Positions 9,860 through 18,973 of a DNA stretch of 64,000 nt are shown here, in pieces. Below the pieces are notes generated by a model, which saw nothing but the letters and a program-made list of their open reading frames with translations, ran no database searches and was not told where the DNA came from. Every line of letters begins with the position of its first letter. Position 1 is the first letter of the stretch. The stretch is from Candidatus Methanophagales archaeon. GTDB taxonomy: Archaea > Halobacteriota > Syntropharchaeia > Alkanophagales > Methanospirareceae. Where the stretch lies: contig JAFNKG010000005.1 of assembly GCA_017883965.1 (NCBI GenBank), positions 194-64,193 on the forward strand, in the 5' to 3' direction. A program made the translations under genes and the position numbers.

Positions 9860-10426
9860 TTGGGCTTGCAAACAGAAGAAGATTGCAGATTTCTTAGAGA
9901 AAAGATTAATTTCAGGAACTTAGACTCCGCTAGCTTCTCAGAGTTATGCTCGGTTGAAGGAATTGGTATGGCGAAAGCAGCCCAGATAAAAGCAGCTTTG
10001 GAAATAGGCAAACGGTTTTTACGAGAGAAAACCAAAATAGGAAGGAAAATTAAATCGGTTGAAGACGTAGTCAATTATTACAAGCCTTATCTAAGAGATT
10101 TGAAGAAAGAGGTGTTTAAAGTCATGTTGTTGGACGGAAGAAATAAAATAATTAATGATATAACAATTTCAGAAGGAAGTTTGACAGCAAGTGTAGTGCA
10201 TCCACGAGAAGTGATAAAAGAGGCGATAAAGGAATCTGCTGCTGCGCTAATCTTCGTGCATAATCATCCAAGTGGGGAATCACAGCCGAGTGAGGAGGAT
10301 ATTGAGATTACCAATCGGTTGGTTCAGGCTTGCGATTTGGTGGGGATATGGGTTTTGGACCATATTATTATAGGTGGTGATGGTTATATAAGTTTCGTGG
10401 ATGAAGGATTAATGAAGGCGGGATGA
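9860..10426 (+). CDS. radC: RadC-like JAB/MPN domain protein; the N-terminal region appears truncated or frameshifted
   Basis: Contains HNHPSGESQPSEEDIEIT (the JAMM HNHPSG signature), VHPREVIKEAI and VLDHIIIG..YISF. A helix-hairpin-helix motif GIGMAKAAQIKAALEIG is present. The ORF has a TTG start, and its likely N-terminus lies in another frame at 9627-9836. Confidence 0.75.
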   Translation: MGLQTEEDCRFLREKINFRNLDSASFSELCSVEGIGMAKAAQIKAALEIGKRFLREKTKIGRKIKSVEDVVNYYKPYLRDLKKEVFKVMLLDGRNKIINDITISEGSLTASVVHPREVIKEAIKESAAALIFVHNHPSGESQPSEEDIEITNRLVQACDLVGIWVLDHIIIGGDGYISFVDEGLMKAG

Positions 10427-10427
10427 A

Positions 10428-12269
10428 ATGAAAATAAAAAGGGTTAAAATAAAGAATTTTCGATCAATTGGAGAGGAAGGTGTAGATTTTAAACCGAAAG
10501 ATGGATTAAATATAATTATTGGCGAGAATAATGTAGGGAAATCAAATATTCTGAAAGCGTTGAAGCTGTTAGTGGATACGTTAGAAGAAAAACACAAAGA
10601 GATTAGTGAAATTGAATGGTACAATGGAATTACTGAAAGAGAAATTGAAATATCGGTTGAAGTTACTTTAAATGATGAGGAGATTGATAAGGTAATTCAA
10701 AATCTTGTAGGAACCACCCCAATAGATAATAAAACGAAGATAAAACGACTTAAAAAGGATTTTTGTGACAAAGTAGAAATTACCATGTGCCATAAGAAGA
10801 GAGATGACCTCTGGAACTCTATTTTCCTTAAATGGGGCTTTTTGTATTTAGATAGAAGTAATAAAGGTTTTTTAAATCCGGAAGCTAAAAGTTGGAGAAA
10901 TTATTACCCCATTAAATGGAGAGATATACTCTCAGAATATATTAGTGAGAATAATGAAAAATCTATTAATAATGTAATTGAAGAGAGACTTCAGGAAAGG
11001 GATAACGCTATAATCGAGTTTGACCAAAGACACCAAATTCATCCTGTTTTTATAACTATATTTAAAGAAAACTTTAAAGTATTTGAAGATATTCGACAAA
11101 AGCCGATAGGGAAAGGTAGCGATGCTTTAGAATCTTTCGATGGGTTATTAATAGCAGATGTTCTCTTCAATCTGTCTACGGGATATCACCCAAGAAGAAG
11201 GAAATACAAATCAATTCAAGAAAAATTTGGTGCACTGTTCCCTAATTTAGAGTTAGCAGCAGTACAGGACAAAACAAGCAGGAAACCAGACATCCACGTA
11301 ATTAAAAAAACTACAAAATATGAGGGGTCTCTTAATTCTATGGGTACTGGCATTATAGAGATTGTGATATTCTTAACTAACATCATGGCATCTAAAAATA
11401 AAGTGTTTGGAATAGAAGATCCAGAACTTCATCTTCATCCACATGCACAAAGATTGTTATTTGAAATATTACAAAAATATGGGGGCAACAAACAACTATT
11501 CGTAATAACTCATTCTCCCTTGTTTATGGATGTTAAACGAATAGATAGCCTAATTTTAATAAGAGAAGGAAGAGGTGGGACTACGGCAAAGCAGTTACCG
11601 GAAAATCATTTTAGCTCTGAAGAACAATCAAAACTCGAGAAAAATTTAGATGCTGAGAGTAAAGAAATATTTTTCTCCAGAGGAATTTTGCTCGTAGAAG
11701 GTCCTACTGAAAAGGGTGCGCTACCTGTTTTTGCAAAATCTCTCAATTCCGATTTTGATAAAAACGGATTTTCTGTTGTTTGGGTTGGCGGTAAAGATAA
11801 TCTTGAGATATTTATGAAATTGTTAAAAGGATTTGAGATTCCCTATATGGTGACATGTGACAAGGATGCGATTATGGAAATAAGCAAAGGTAAAATGGAG
11901 GGTATCAAAACAAGTTCATTATTCCGTCAACTCCATAATTTAAAAATACTAACTAATGAAGAAGTTGAAAAAATTAAACGATTTGCCAGTCAAATTGAAA
12001 ATAAAAAGAGCTATAAAGAGGATTTATTTGAGGGATTAAAGGAAATTGCTTTAAAATATAATTGCTTTGTTCTTTCCGGTACTTTTGAAGATATTTTAAA
12101 AAAGTCGGGTTATGGAGATTTAATTGAAGAAGCAAAAAATATTGTTGGAAATAGTAACCCAAGAATAGGGAGATATGTTGCTGAAAAAATTGTAGAACAA
12201 GGTGGAGAAATCCCGAAAGAGTTTAAAGAGATAATTTCTAAAGTAAACCAAATCACAGAGGTAGGATAA
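10428..12269 (+). CDS. OLD-family ATP-dependent endonuclease (AAA_15/ABC-type ATPase with a C-terminal TOPRIM)
   Basis: The N-terminus MKIKRVKIKNFRSIGEEGVDF...IIGENNVGKSNILKAL is the Walker A region of the OLD family. The Walker B/D-loop region is IEDPELHLHPHAQRLL. The TOPRIM region reads ILLVEGPTEKGALPVF...VWVGGKDNL...PYMVTCDKD. The start codon lies 1 nt after the radC stop, and the gene is very AT-rich. Confidence 0.85.
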   Translation: MKIKRVKIKNFRSIGEEGVDFKPKDGLNIIIGENNVGKSNILKALKLLVDTLEEKHKEISEIEWYNGITEREIEISVEVTLNDEEIDKVIQNLVGTTPIDNKTKIKRLKKDFCDKVEITMCHKKRDDLWNSIFLKWGFLYLDRSNKGFLNPEAKSWRNYYPIKWRDILSEYISENNEKSINNVIEERLQERDNAIIEFDQRHQIHPVFITIFKENFKVFEDIRQKPIGKGSDALESFDGLLIADVLFNLSTGYHPRRRKYKSIQEKFGALFPNLELAAVQDKTSRKPDIHVIKKTTKYEGSLNSMGTGIIEIVIFLTNIMASKNKVFGIEDPELHLHPHAQRLLFEILQKYGGNKQLFVITHSPLFMDVKRIDSLILIREGRGGTTAKQLPENHFSSEEQSKLEKNLDAESKEIFFSRGILLVEGPTEKGALPVFAKSLNSDFDKNGFSVVWVGGKDNLEIFMKLLKGFEIPYMVTCDKDAIMEISKGKMEGIKTSSLFRQLHNLKILTNEEVEKIKRFASQIENKKSYKEDLFEGLKEIALKYNCFVLSGTFEDILKKSGYGDLIEEAKNIVGNSNPRIGRYVAEKIVEQGGEIPKEFKEIISKVNQITEVG

Positions 12270-12436
12270 AATGCCAAGAGAATACAAACCAACTGAGGAA
12301 GCCACTAAAGAAGGATATGTCCAAGACATAACTGGGGAGTGGCTCCGTGCAACACCGGAGGTTATGGATGCTAAAAAAGTTTTTGCTGATAGATTGGTCA
12401 ATGAATTTGGGTACTCACTAGGACAGATACAAACAA

Positions 12437-12823
12437 TTGAAGGTGTTTAGAGAAGGAGAAATAAGGATTGGGGGTAAAATGAAAAAGGAGAAAAAGAAAA
12501 TTGTTGTGAAAGCAAGAAAAACAATTCGCCTTATCGCTGATAAATTAAAGGAAAGCTACAACCCGGAGAAAATAATCTTATTTGGCTCTTATGCATGGGG
12601 CTTGCCCGATGAAGACAGCGACATTGACATTTTGGTTATTAAGGATACAGAAGAAACACCACATCGCAGAAACGTGAATGCAAGGAAACTTGTTTCATCG
12701 CTTAGAAGGGGCTACGGACTTGATATTTTGGTTATTACACCAGAAGAATTGAAATCAAGGCTTAATATTGGAGATAAATTTCTGGAAGAAATCATTTCAA
12801 GAGGAGAAAGATTATATGGCTAA
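12437..12823 (+). CDS. Minimal nucleotidyltransferase (MNT) antitoxin-type protein
   Basis: The motif ILFGSYAWGLPDEDSDIDILVI matches the polymerase-beta-type GS...D.D motif. Confidence 0.75.
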   Translation: MKVFREGEIRIGGKMKKEKKKIVVKARKTIRLIADKLKESYNPEKIILFGSYAWGLPDEDSDIDILVIKDTEETPHRRNVNARKLVSSLRRGYGLDILVITPEELKSRLNIGDKFLEEIISRGERLYG

Positions 12824-13214
12824 AGAATCTCGCTACTGGAAAGACTGGCTTGATAAAGCGGAAAAGGATTTGCAAAGGGTAGAGAAACGTCTCGAGAATG
12901 GAGATACCGAAGATGCTGCGTTTCACTTACAGCAAGCTGTGGAGAAGTATCTGAAAGGATATCTCTTATCAAAGGGCTGGAAATTTAAACCTATCCATGA
13001 TTTGGAAAGGCTTTTAGATGACGCTGCCCATTTTGACAGCGATTTTGAGAGATTTAGGGAAATTTGCCAAGAGATTACTTCTTATTATACGGAAGAACGT
13101 TATCCTTTCTTCGTTTCCGAGCCAAGCAAGGAAGAAGTTGCGGAAGCTTTGGAGATGGCTAAAGAATTGGTTAAAAGGATTTTTGGGAAGATGAGAAGAG
13201 AGCCTGAAGAATAA
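12816..13214 (+). CDS. HEPN-domain protein, partner of the MNT
   Basis: It overlaps the MNT stop codon. The helical protein contains ...AAFHLQQAVEKYLKGYL... and ERYPFF, the HEPN R-x4-6-H/ERYP region. The start was moved to the internal ATG (MAKESRYW). Confidence 0.6.
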   Translation: MAKESRYWKDWLDKAEKDLQRVEKRLENGDTEDAAFHLQQAVEKYLKGYLLSKGWKFKPIHDLERLLDDAAHFDSDFERFREICQEITSYYTEERYPFFVSEPSKEEVAEALEMAKELVKRIFGKMRREPEE

Positions 13215-13275
13215 ATAGATAAAAGGGGGAGTTTTAAAGACAAGTGGCTACTTATATAGATCATAGCAAAATGAA

Positions 13276-15249
13276 ATGACAAATCTTGACGAATTGGAAG
13301 ATTTGTTGCGCAAAGACGAAAAAGAAAAGGCATACGAACTGATAAAAGAAGATAGAGGCATCACTGCTGAAATTTTAATGGATGAGGGAATCCTTTTTGG
13401 AATTAGCGGAGAATATAGCATTTCGATTTCTTATTTCGAGTTTGGGGAAAAGATTGCCGAAGATGACAAAAAAAAAGAAGTAGCACGGGAAAACGTAGCA
13501 GTAGCTTACAACAAACGAGGGTGTACTTATTATGAATTAACCCAGCATGAAAAAGCGATTGACGACTACAACAAGGCAATTGAATTTAATCCAAATTATG
13601 TCGAGGCTTACTATAACCGTGGAAAAGCTTATCATGAATTGAAACAGCATGAAGAAGCGATTGCCGATTACAACAAGGTAATGGAACTCAATCCATATCT
13701 TGCGGAGGCTTACAACAACCGTGGAGTTGCTTATTGTGAATTAGAACAATATGAAGAAGGGGTTGAAGATTACAACAAGGCAATTGAATTTGATCCAAAT
13801 CATGTCGAGGCTTACTATAACCGTGGAAAATCTTATCATAAATTGAAACAGCATGAAAAGGCGATTGAAGATTTTAACAAGGCGATAGAACTCAATCCAG
13901 AATACGCTGATGCTTATATCAGTCGTGGGCTTGTTTATCGTGAATTATATCAGTATGAAAAGGCAATTGAAGATTTTAACAAGGCAATAGAACTTAATCC
14001 AAAATATACTGGGGCTTACTACAACCGTGGAATTGCTTATCATGAATTAAAGCAGCATGCGAAAGCGATTGAAGATTACAATAAGGCAATAGAACTTAAT
14101 CCAAAAGATGCTGAGGCTTATGCAAATCGTGGAGGGATTCACCTTCAAACAAATAACGATTTAGACACTGCAATTGGCGATTTTAAGACTGCAAGAGACC
14201 TTTTTGAAGGGAAAGATAAAGAGAGGATGCTTGGATTTGTAGAGTGGGCAAAGGCAAGGAAGGAGATGAACATGAAGAATTGGGGTGATTTTAGAGAACG
14301 AATGAACGAAGCAAAAGAAATCTTTGAGAGAATCAACGACCCTTTATCTCTTTCATTTGCCGCTTCTATAAAATTCTCTTATCTGGATGAGGAATTAGAT
14401 AACGCTTTAAACATCCCCGATCCAATAAAAGCATTGGAAGAGATTGAAACGGCATTAAAAAATCTTCCTGAGGTTGAAGGATTGATTGACCCTGAGGCAA
14501 CGATATTTGGTGCAAGAGTTTCATCTTTTGCAATCCTAAGCGAGTTTATTAGCTCCATGAGAAGTATTGACGAGAACACGGATTTAAGAATGGTTAAAGC
14601 CAAACTTGCTGAATTGCTTAAATATTCAAAAAAAGCGGAAGAAGCGTTTGAAGCAGTCGATTTCATCAAAGGGAAGACGGCAATTGTGGATATTCAAGAC
14701 GTTATAAGCTCAGCTAAACAAGAGATAGGAAAAATAGAATGGGCTGCGAACAAAAAGCAAAAGGCTTTGGAGATACTTAGGGGATATTGGTCAAGACTTA
14801 GCTCTGCTATAAAAGTGATGAATGGTATTTCAACTCGCGAAATTGAAAACATTACCTTGGGAAGGGAAATAAGAGAGATGAAAAGTGAATTGCGCGATGG
14901 ATTTACTGAAACAAAAGAGATGATCTCAGAAGGGTTCGAGAAAAGTAGCGAAGAGCATAAAGAGATTTTAGAGAAAATCTACGCGACCGAAAATATTCTG
15001 TTGCAAAAGGATGTAGCGAATGCACGGTATAGAATAGAATTTCCACCATCCCCTTCTCCAACAAAAATTATTGTTGATATCCCAATGGGGAAACTAACAG
15101 AGGAGCAAATAGAAGAAAAAGCAGAAGAGATAGCTTATAAATTTAAATATCTGAAGAGCAAGGTAAAGGAGGAGTTTTTGGAGGCAATTAAGCGTATACC
15201 GGAAATAGGTGATAAGCTTCTGAAGAGGTTGAAGAAGACAAGAGGTTAA
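13276..15249 (+). CDS. TPR-repeat protein: about 8 tandem TPR units followed by a C-terminal domain of about 300 aa with unknown function
   Basis: Repeated 34-aa units AYYNRGKAYHELKQHEEAIADYNKAIELNP are present, and the repeats are also very similar at DNA level. Confidence 0.8.
   Translation: MTNLDELEDLLRKDEKEKAYELIKEDRGITAEILMDEGILFGISGEYSISISYFEFGEKIAEDDKKKEVARENVAVAYNKRGCTYYELTQHEKAIDDYNKAIEFNPNYVEAYYNRGKAYHELKQHEEAIADYNKVMELNPYLAEAYNNRGVAYCELEQYEEGVEDYNKAIEFDPNHVEAYYNRGKSYHKLKQHEKAIEDFNKAIELNPEYADAYISRGLVYRELYQYEKAIEDFNKAIELNPKYTGAYYNRGIAYHELKQHAKAIEDYNKAIELNPKDAEAYANRGGIHLQTNNDLDTAIGDFKTARDLFEGKDKERMLGFVEWAKARKEMNMKNWGDFRERMNEAKEIFERINDPLSLSFAASIKFSYLDEELDNALNIPDPIKALEEIETALKNLPEVEGLIDPEATIFGARVSSFAILSEFISSMRSIDENTDLRMVKAKLAELLKYSKKAEEAFEAVDFIKGKTAIVDIQDVISSAKQEIGKIEWAANKKQKALEILRGYWSRLSSAIKVMNGISTREIENITLGREIREMKSELRDGFTETKEMISEGFEKSSEEHKEILEKIYATENILLQKDVANARYRIEFPPSPSPTKIIVDIPMGKLTEEQIEEKAEEIAYKFKYLKSKVKEEFLEAIKRIPEIGDKLLKRLKKTRG
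13480..14140 (+). repeat. Tandem TPR-encoding DNA repeats of about 102 bp
   Basis: Near-identical strings such as gaggcttactataaccgtggaaaa and caacaaggcaattgaatt recur. Confidence 0.6.
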
Positions 15250-15363
15250 ATAAGGCAGAGTTTGCCTTTTTGGAGATTTTGCAAAACTGCTCTCACTTCG
15301 ATAATAAAAAACTTTGTGAAAAGCACTCTCTTTCTAAGAAGAAACCTGTGTTGAGAAATGATT

Positions 15364-15942
15364 TTATTCAAACTCCTTCAACCCATAACAAAACCTCTTC
15401 AACTTCTCTTTACCCCTTTCGAGCATGAAATTCGCCTTCGATAAGATAAAATCCAGATGCGCTTCACTGCAAAACATCATCCCGTCTTTACCCAGAGGAA
15501 CGTCCATCCTTTCCGTGCTCATTATCTCCACCACCACTCTTTCATTATCCCTTGAAATCGCCTTTATGCTACTGTATTTAAAGCCGGATTCAATCGCTAT
15601 CCTTAACAATCCCTTTGCCTTCTCTAAACCCCTACACGCCACGTGCAATATCGGCGATTGTGATAACAACCATATCTCGCCTTTTTCTGAAGCCTTTAAC
15701 GCCTCTAACACTTCCTCCTTCCTTACTGAACGATGCCACTTGCCAATAAATGTCGCTTCTCGCTTCGCACCTATCTCAGGTAAACGAATCAAGGATATTC
15801 TGCCTGAGCAACTGCTCGTTGTAAAGAATCCTTCGAGGCTGTTCAGCTTCTCTATTATCTCCTCCACTTCTTCGTCTGCTCCCCTTATCCGCAGTTTCTC
15901 AAGCGCCCTCTTCTTCTGCTCTTTAAATTCCGACATCAACAA
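15364..15942 (-). CDS. taw3: tRNA wybutosine-synthesis protein 3 (Taw3/TYW3 family methyltransferase)
   Basis: 192 aa. The TYW3 signature TSSCSGRISLI is present. Confidence 0.6.
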   Translation of the reverse strand: MLMSEFKEQKKRALEKLRIRGADEEVEEIIEKLNSLEGFFTTSSCSGRISLIRLPEIGAKREATFIGKWHRSVRKEEVLEALKASEKGEIWLLSQSPILHVACRGLEKAKGLLRIAIESGFKYSSIKAISRDNERVVVEIMSTERMDVPLGKDGMMFCSEAHLDFILSKANFMLERGKEKLKRFCYGLKEFE

Positions 15943-15967
15943 CAGAAAAATTCCAAAAGTTATTTAT

Positions 15968-15990
15968 AATATCCCAACAACCAACATACT
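15968..15990 (+). promoter_or_regulatory. Candidate archaeal BRE/TATA box upstream of the antiporter operon
   Basis: The sequence aaagttatttataatatcc lies about 30-45 nt upstream of the mrpF start. Confidence 0.3.
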
Positions 15991-16018
15991 ATAAATTAAT
16001 CAAAGAAGCAAGCGAAAA

Positions 16019-16312
16019 ATGATAGAGCTGGATGTATTCCTAAAAGACTACGTATTCCTCGCTATCGGGCTGTTAATCGCACTCACGATATTGTTGTGTT
16101 TATACAGAGCAGTGCTTGGACCAGGCGTGTTTAATCGCGTGACAGCGGTGAATGTAATAGGGACAAAAACAATCGTTCTCTTAGTTATTATAGGCTATAT
16201 ATTCGAAAGACCTCTGTTCTTTGACATCTCGCTTCTCTATGCAATGCTAAATTTCATTGCCACTTTAGTTTTCGCAAAATATTTAGAGAGGGGTGAGGTA
16301 TGCTTGAGATAA
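16019..16312 (+). CDS. mrpF: Mrp/Mnh antiporter subunit F-like protein (MbhB-like)
   Basis: 97 aa with 3 transmembrane helices. RAVLGPGVFNRVTAVNVIGT matches MnhF (LrGPt..DRvvAld). Confidence 0.7.
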   Translation: MIELDVFLKDYVFLAIGLLIALTILLCLYRAVLGPGVFNRVTAVNVIGTKTIVLLVIIGYIFERPLFFDISLLYAMLNFIATLVFAKYLERGEVCLR

Positions 16313-16623
16313 TCGTGATATTACTCCTAGCTGTCGGAATTTTCTTTATGTTCACCGGCGCAATTGGATTATTACGATTGCCTGACTTTTATACAAGACT
16401 GCATGCAACAGGGAAGTGCGACACGCTTGGAGAAGTCCTTATAATCTTTGGTTTGTTGTTATACCATTTATTCCATTACCCGGAAACACCTCTCGTACCT
16501 GTGAAGCTTCTATTTTTAATAATATTTATTTTTCTCGCCAATCCAACAGCGACACATGCGATAATGAAAGCGGCTTATAATACAGGTGTGAAGCCCTGGA
16601 AGGTGGGGGAAGAGAGAAGATGA
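16300..16623 (+). CDS. mrpG: Mrp/Mnh antiporter subunit G-like protein (MbhC-like)
   Basis: GAIGLLRLPDFYTRLHATGKCDTLG matches the MnhG signature (GalGllRfPDvytRlHAatK). Confidence 0.75.
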   Translation: MLEIIVILLLAVGIFFMFTGAIGLLRLPDFYTRLHATGKCDTLGEVLIIFGLLLYHLFHYPETPLVPVKLLFLIIFIFLANPTATHAIMKAAYNTGVKPWKVGEERR

Positions 16624-17126
16624 AAGGTAAAGGAGGAAAGGGATTTGGAATACTTGTAACGTTTTGTGCCATGTTTCTGTTCTGGCTCCTCTTATCTGGT
16701 TTTTTCGATGCTTTCCATCTCACAGCAGGTGTGATATGCAGTGCGATTGTGGCGTTGATTTCTCATGACCTGCTGGTAAAGGAAAAGGGCGATAAAATGC
16801 TTTTGAAGTCCTTTAAGTTCGTTATTTACCTCGGCTGGGAGTTGTGGCAGATAGTATTGGCGAACTTCGATGTCGCATATCGTGTTCTACATCCAAAGAT
16901 GCCGATAGACCCTCGTATAATAGAATTTGATACTTCCTTGAGAAGCGATTTTGCTCTCGTTACCTTAGCTAATTCCATCACCTTAACGCCCGGAACGATA
17001 ACTATATTGGTAGACCCAGAAAAAGGTACGTTCTGGGTGCATGCAATAGCAAAAAAACCCGCGGATGGGCTCTTAGTGGATAAGACGATGCAGAGGAAAG
17101 TGGCTAACGTGTATATGGAATGGTGA
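16620..17126 (+). CDS. mrpE: Mrp/Mnh antiporter subunit E-like protein (MbhA-like)
   Basis: 168 aa. The N-terminal transmembrane segment FLFWLLLSGFFDAFHLTAGVI resembles MnhE, and the gene is co-oriented in the operon. Confidence 0.6.
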   Translation: MKGKGGKGFGILVTFCAMFLFWLLLSGFFDAFHLTAGVICSAIVALISHDLLVKEKGDKMLLKSFKFVIYLGWELWQIVLANFDVAYRVLHPKMPIDPRIIEFDTSLRSDFALVTLANSITLTPGTITILVDPEKGTFWVHAIAKKPADGLLVDKTMQRKVANVYMEW

Positions 17127-17186
17127 TAAAAATGACAGTTTTTTATATTATATTTATAAACAACAGAAATAGGAGATAAATAAAAA

Positions 17187-17432
17187 ATGATATGGCAGCT
17201 TGACCTCATACTGCTGTTTTTAATTGTGGTTATCGCGATAGCTTCAATAACTGTGAGAGACCTTTTGAGTGCAATCATGTTATTGGGTGCATATAGTTTT
17301 CTGATGGCAATGGTCTGGGTAGAGATGCATTCGGTGGATGTGGGCTTTACAGAGGCTGCCGTCGGCGCCGGTGCAACCACCGCTTTCTTAATCGCTGCTT
17401 TATCCAGGACAGTGAGGTGGGAGAAGAAATGA
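17187..17432 (+). CDS. Small MrpB-N-terminal-like (DUF4040/MbhD-like) membrane subunit
   Basis: 81 aa with 3 transmembrane helices. Its position in the operon corresponds to MbhD/MbhE. Confidence 0.45.
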   Translation: MIWQLDLILLFLIVVIAIASITVRDLLSAIMLLGAYSFLMAMVWVEMHSVDVGFTEAAVGAGATTAFLIAALSRTVRWEKK

Positions 17433-17959
17433 AACTACTGCCGACAATGGGACTCATTTTTGTAATCCTTTTAGGCGGTCTTTTCATATACGTAGCGGAA
17501 GATATACCCGCATTTGGAGACCCGTACTCTCCTCCTAATAAGTATGTCAACTTGTCTATCAGTATTGATGCCGCTGAGTTAGAGGATAATTTGAACCAGG
17601 GTGTTATCCCTGCGAGTTTAATGGATAAAATTGAAGAGAGAGGGCTTCCACTACCTTCCAGGATTGAGAAGGTGGAGGAGGGATGGGACATGATAATTGA
17701 AAAGGGGGAGTTGCATTATCATGAGGAAGAGAGATATTACTTTGTCACTGAGGAAGGCGATGCGTTGTGGGTTTACCGGTATGCGCCTATCGTGAGATAC
17801 ATAGAGAAAGGTCACGAGGAGACAGAAGTGCCGAATATGGTAACCTATATTCTCGCGGATTACAGGGGTTACGATACGCTTGGTGAGACCACTGTCATAT
17901 TTACCGCTGGTGTGGCGGTTATATTATTATTGAGGAGGCGAGAGAAAAGACCTGAATAG
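17417..17959 (+). CDS. Membrane-anchored hypothetical subunit: N-terminal TM, soluble domain, C-terminal TM
   Basis: It overlaps the upstream gene by 16 bp and has no recognisable motif. Confidence 0.4.
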   Translation: MGEEMKLLPTMGLIFVILLGGLFIYVAEDIPAFGDPYSPPNKYVNLSISIDAAELEDNLNQGVIPASLMDKIEERGLPLPSRIEKVEEGWDMIIEKGELHYHEEERYYFVTEEGDALWVYRYAPIVRYIEKGHEETEVPNMVTYILADYRGYDTLGETTVIFTAGVAVILLLRRREKRPE

Positions 17960-18021
17960 ACAATGCGAATAGGTAATGAAGGTATGTCGGTCACATTATT
18001 GTTGAGGAGGCGAGGTAAGCT

Positions 18022-18516
18022 TTGAACCCGGAAAATAGTGAGATAGGAAAAGGCAGGGCGGGGGGTGGAGATGTCATAGTAGAGACAGTATCGAGACTGA
18101 TGGTACCTTTTATCCAGTTGTTTGCATTGTATGTGATAATACATGGAGCAGGCGGACCCGGGGGAGGATTTCAAGGAGGAGTTATATTCGCCGCTTCTTT
18201 TGTCTTACTCGTCATCGCTTTTGGGATTGTTGATGCAGGCGACAGATTCCCGGAGGCTGCAAATATCGCTTTCATCAGTCTTGGAGTGTATATCTTTGCT
18301 GGAGTGGGACTCCTATGCATAATCCTGAGTTTAGGAGCTGCGCAGTACCTCAACTATGGTTTCATTCCATTAACAACCCATTTCGAGGAGAATAGGGCTT
18401 TGGGAATAGACCTCGTAGAGGTAGGAATAGGAATAACAGTAATGGCAGTAATCACTTCTATATTTTTTAACCTCGCGTGGAAAAGAGAAAGTGAAGAAGG
18501 AGGTAGGGAGGAATAG
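18022..18516 (+). CDS. mrpB: Mrp/Mnh antiporter subunit B-like protein (MbhF-like)
   Basis: HGAGGPGGGFQGGVIFAASF matches the MnhB signature HGhltPGGGFqGG. Confidence 0.75.
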   Translation: MNPENSEIGKGRAGGGDVIVETVSRLMVPFIQLFALYVIIHGAGGPGGGFQGGVIFAASFVLLVIAFGIVDAGDRFPEAANIAFISLGVYIFAGVGLLCIILSLGAAQYLNYGFIPLTTHFEENRALGIDLVEVGIGITVMAVITSIFFNLAWKRESEEGGREE

Positions 18517-18518
18517 AA

Positions 18519-18899
18519 ATGATGGAATGGCTAATCGAGGAAATATTTGCAAAATATAATTACTGGGTTTCCATAATTCTCATGCTCATCGGTTTCTATG
18601 CGATGATAGCAAAGGATAATCTGATAAAGAAGGTCATCGGATTGACCATATTCCAAACCGCTATATTCCTGTTCTTCATATCGCTGGGTGATATGGTAGG
18701 AGGAACCGAGCCAATCTATATAAAAGGATACGAAGGCTTATACGTGAATCCGTTACCTCACGTGCTTATCCTGACGGCAATAGTGGTGGCAGTATCCACA
18801 ACCGCAGTTGCCCTCGCTCTGGTAATAAGGATGTATGAGGAATACGGGACGATAGAGGAAGAGGAGATAATAGAGAAGGAGAGAGAATTGGGGCTGTAG
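18519..18899 (+). CDS. mrpC: Mrp/Mnh antiporter subunit C-like protein (NuoK/MbhG-like)
   Basis: 126 aa with 3 transmembrane helices. VIGLTIFQTAIFLFFISLG is NuoK/MnhC-like. Confidence 0.7.
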   Translation: MMEWLIEEIFAKYNYWVSIILMLIGFYAMIAKDNLIKKVIGLTIFQTAIFLFFISLGDMVGGTEPIYIKGYEGLYVNPLPHVLILTAIVVAVSTTAVALALVIRMYEEYGTIEEEEIIEKERELGL

Positions 18900-18973
18900 C
18901 ATCACGGCGCACATTGAAAGCTCAAATCCCCACTGATTTTTGAGCAGATAAGCGCTGAGAGGGGCTAAAAAGC

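Noticed and set aside
9490-10074. 194-aa ORF on the minus strand
   Set aside because: It lies antisense within the radC region, has low-complexity Leu/Ser/Phe-rich composition and no motif. The RadC frame explains the region.
10428-12269. The OLD protein as GajA of a Gabija system, or as PARIS AriAB
   Set aside because: No UvrD-like GajB helicase gene and no separate DUF4435 gene is adjacent. The neighbour is a RadC-like JAB protein, so I treat this as an OLD-family nuclease with a non-canonical partner.
17869-18174. Possible tRNA or other ncRNA genes in the intergenic regions around 17.9-18.0, 27.4-27.8, 31.8-32.2, 42.8-43.1 and 45.8-46.1 kb
   Set aside because: I could not find cloverleaf-compatible acceptor or T-arm pairs or conserved GTTC/TTCGAAT-like boxes by eye. 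No RNA gene is claimed, and tRNAscan or Infernal would be needed to be sure.
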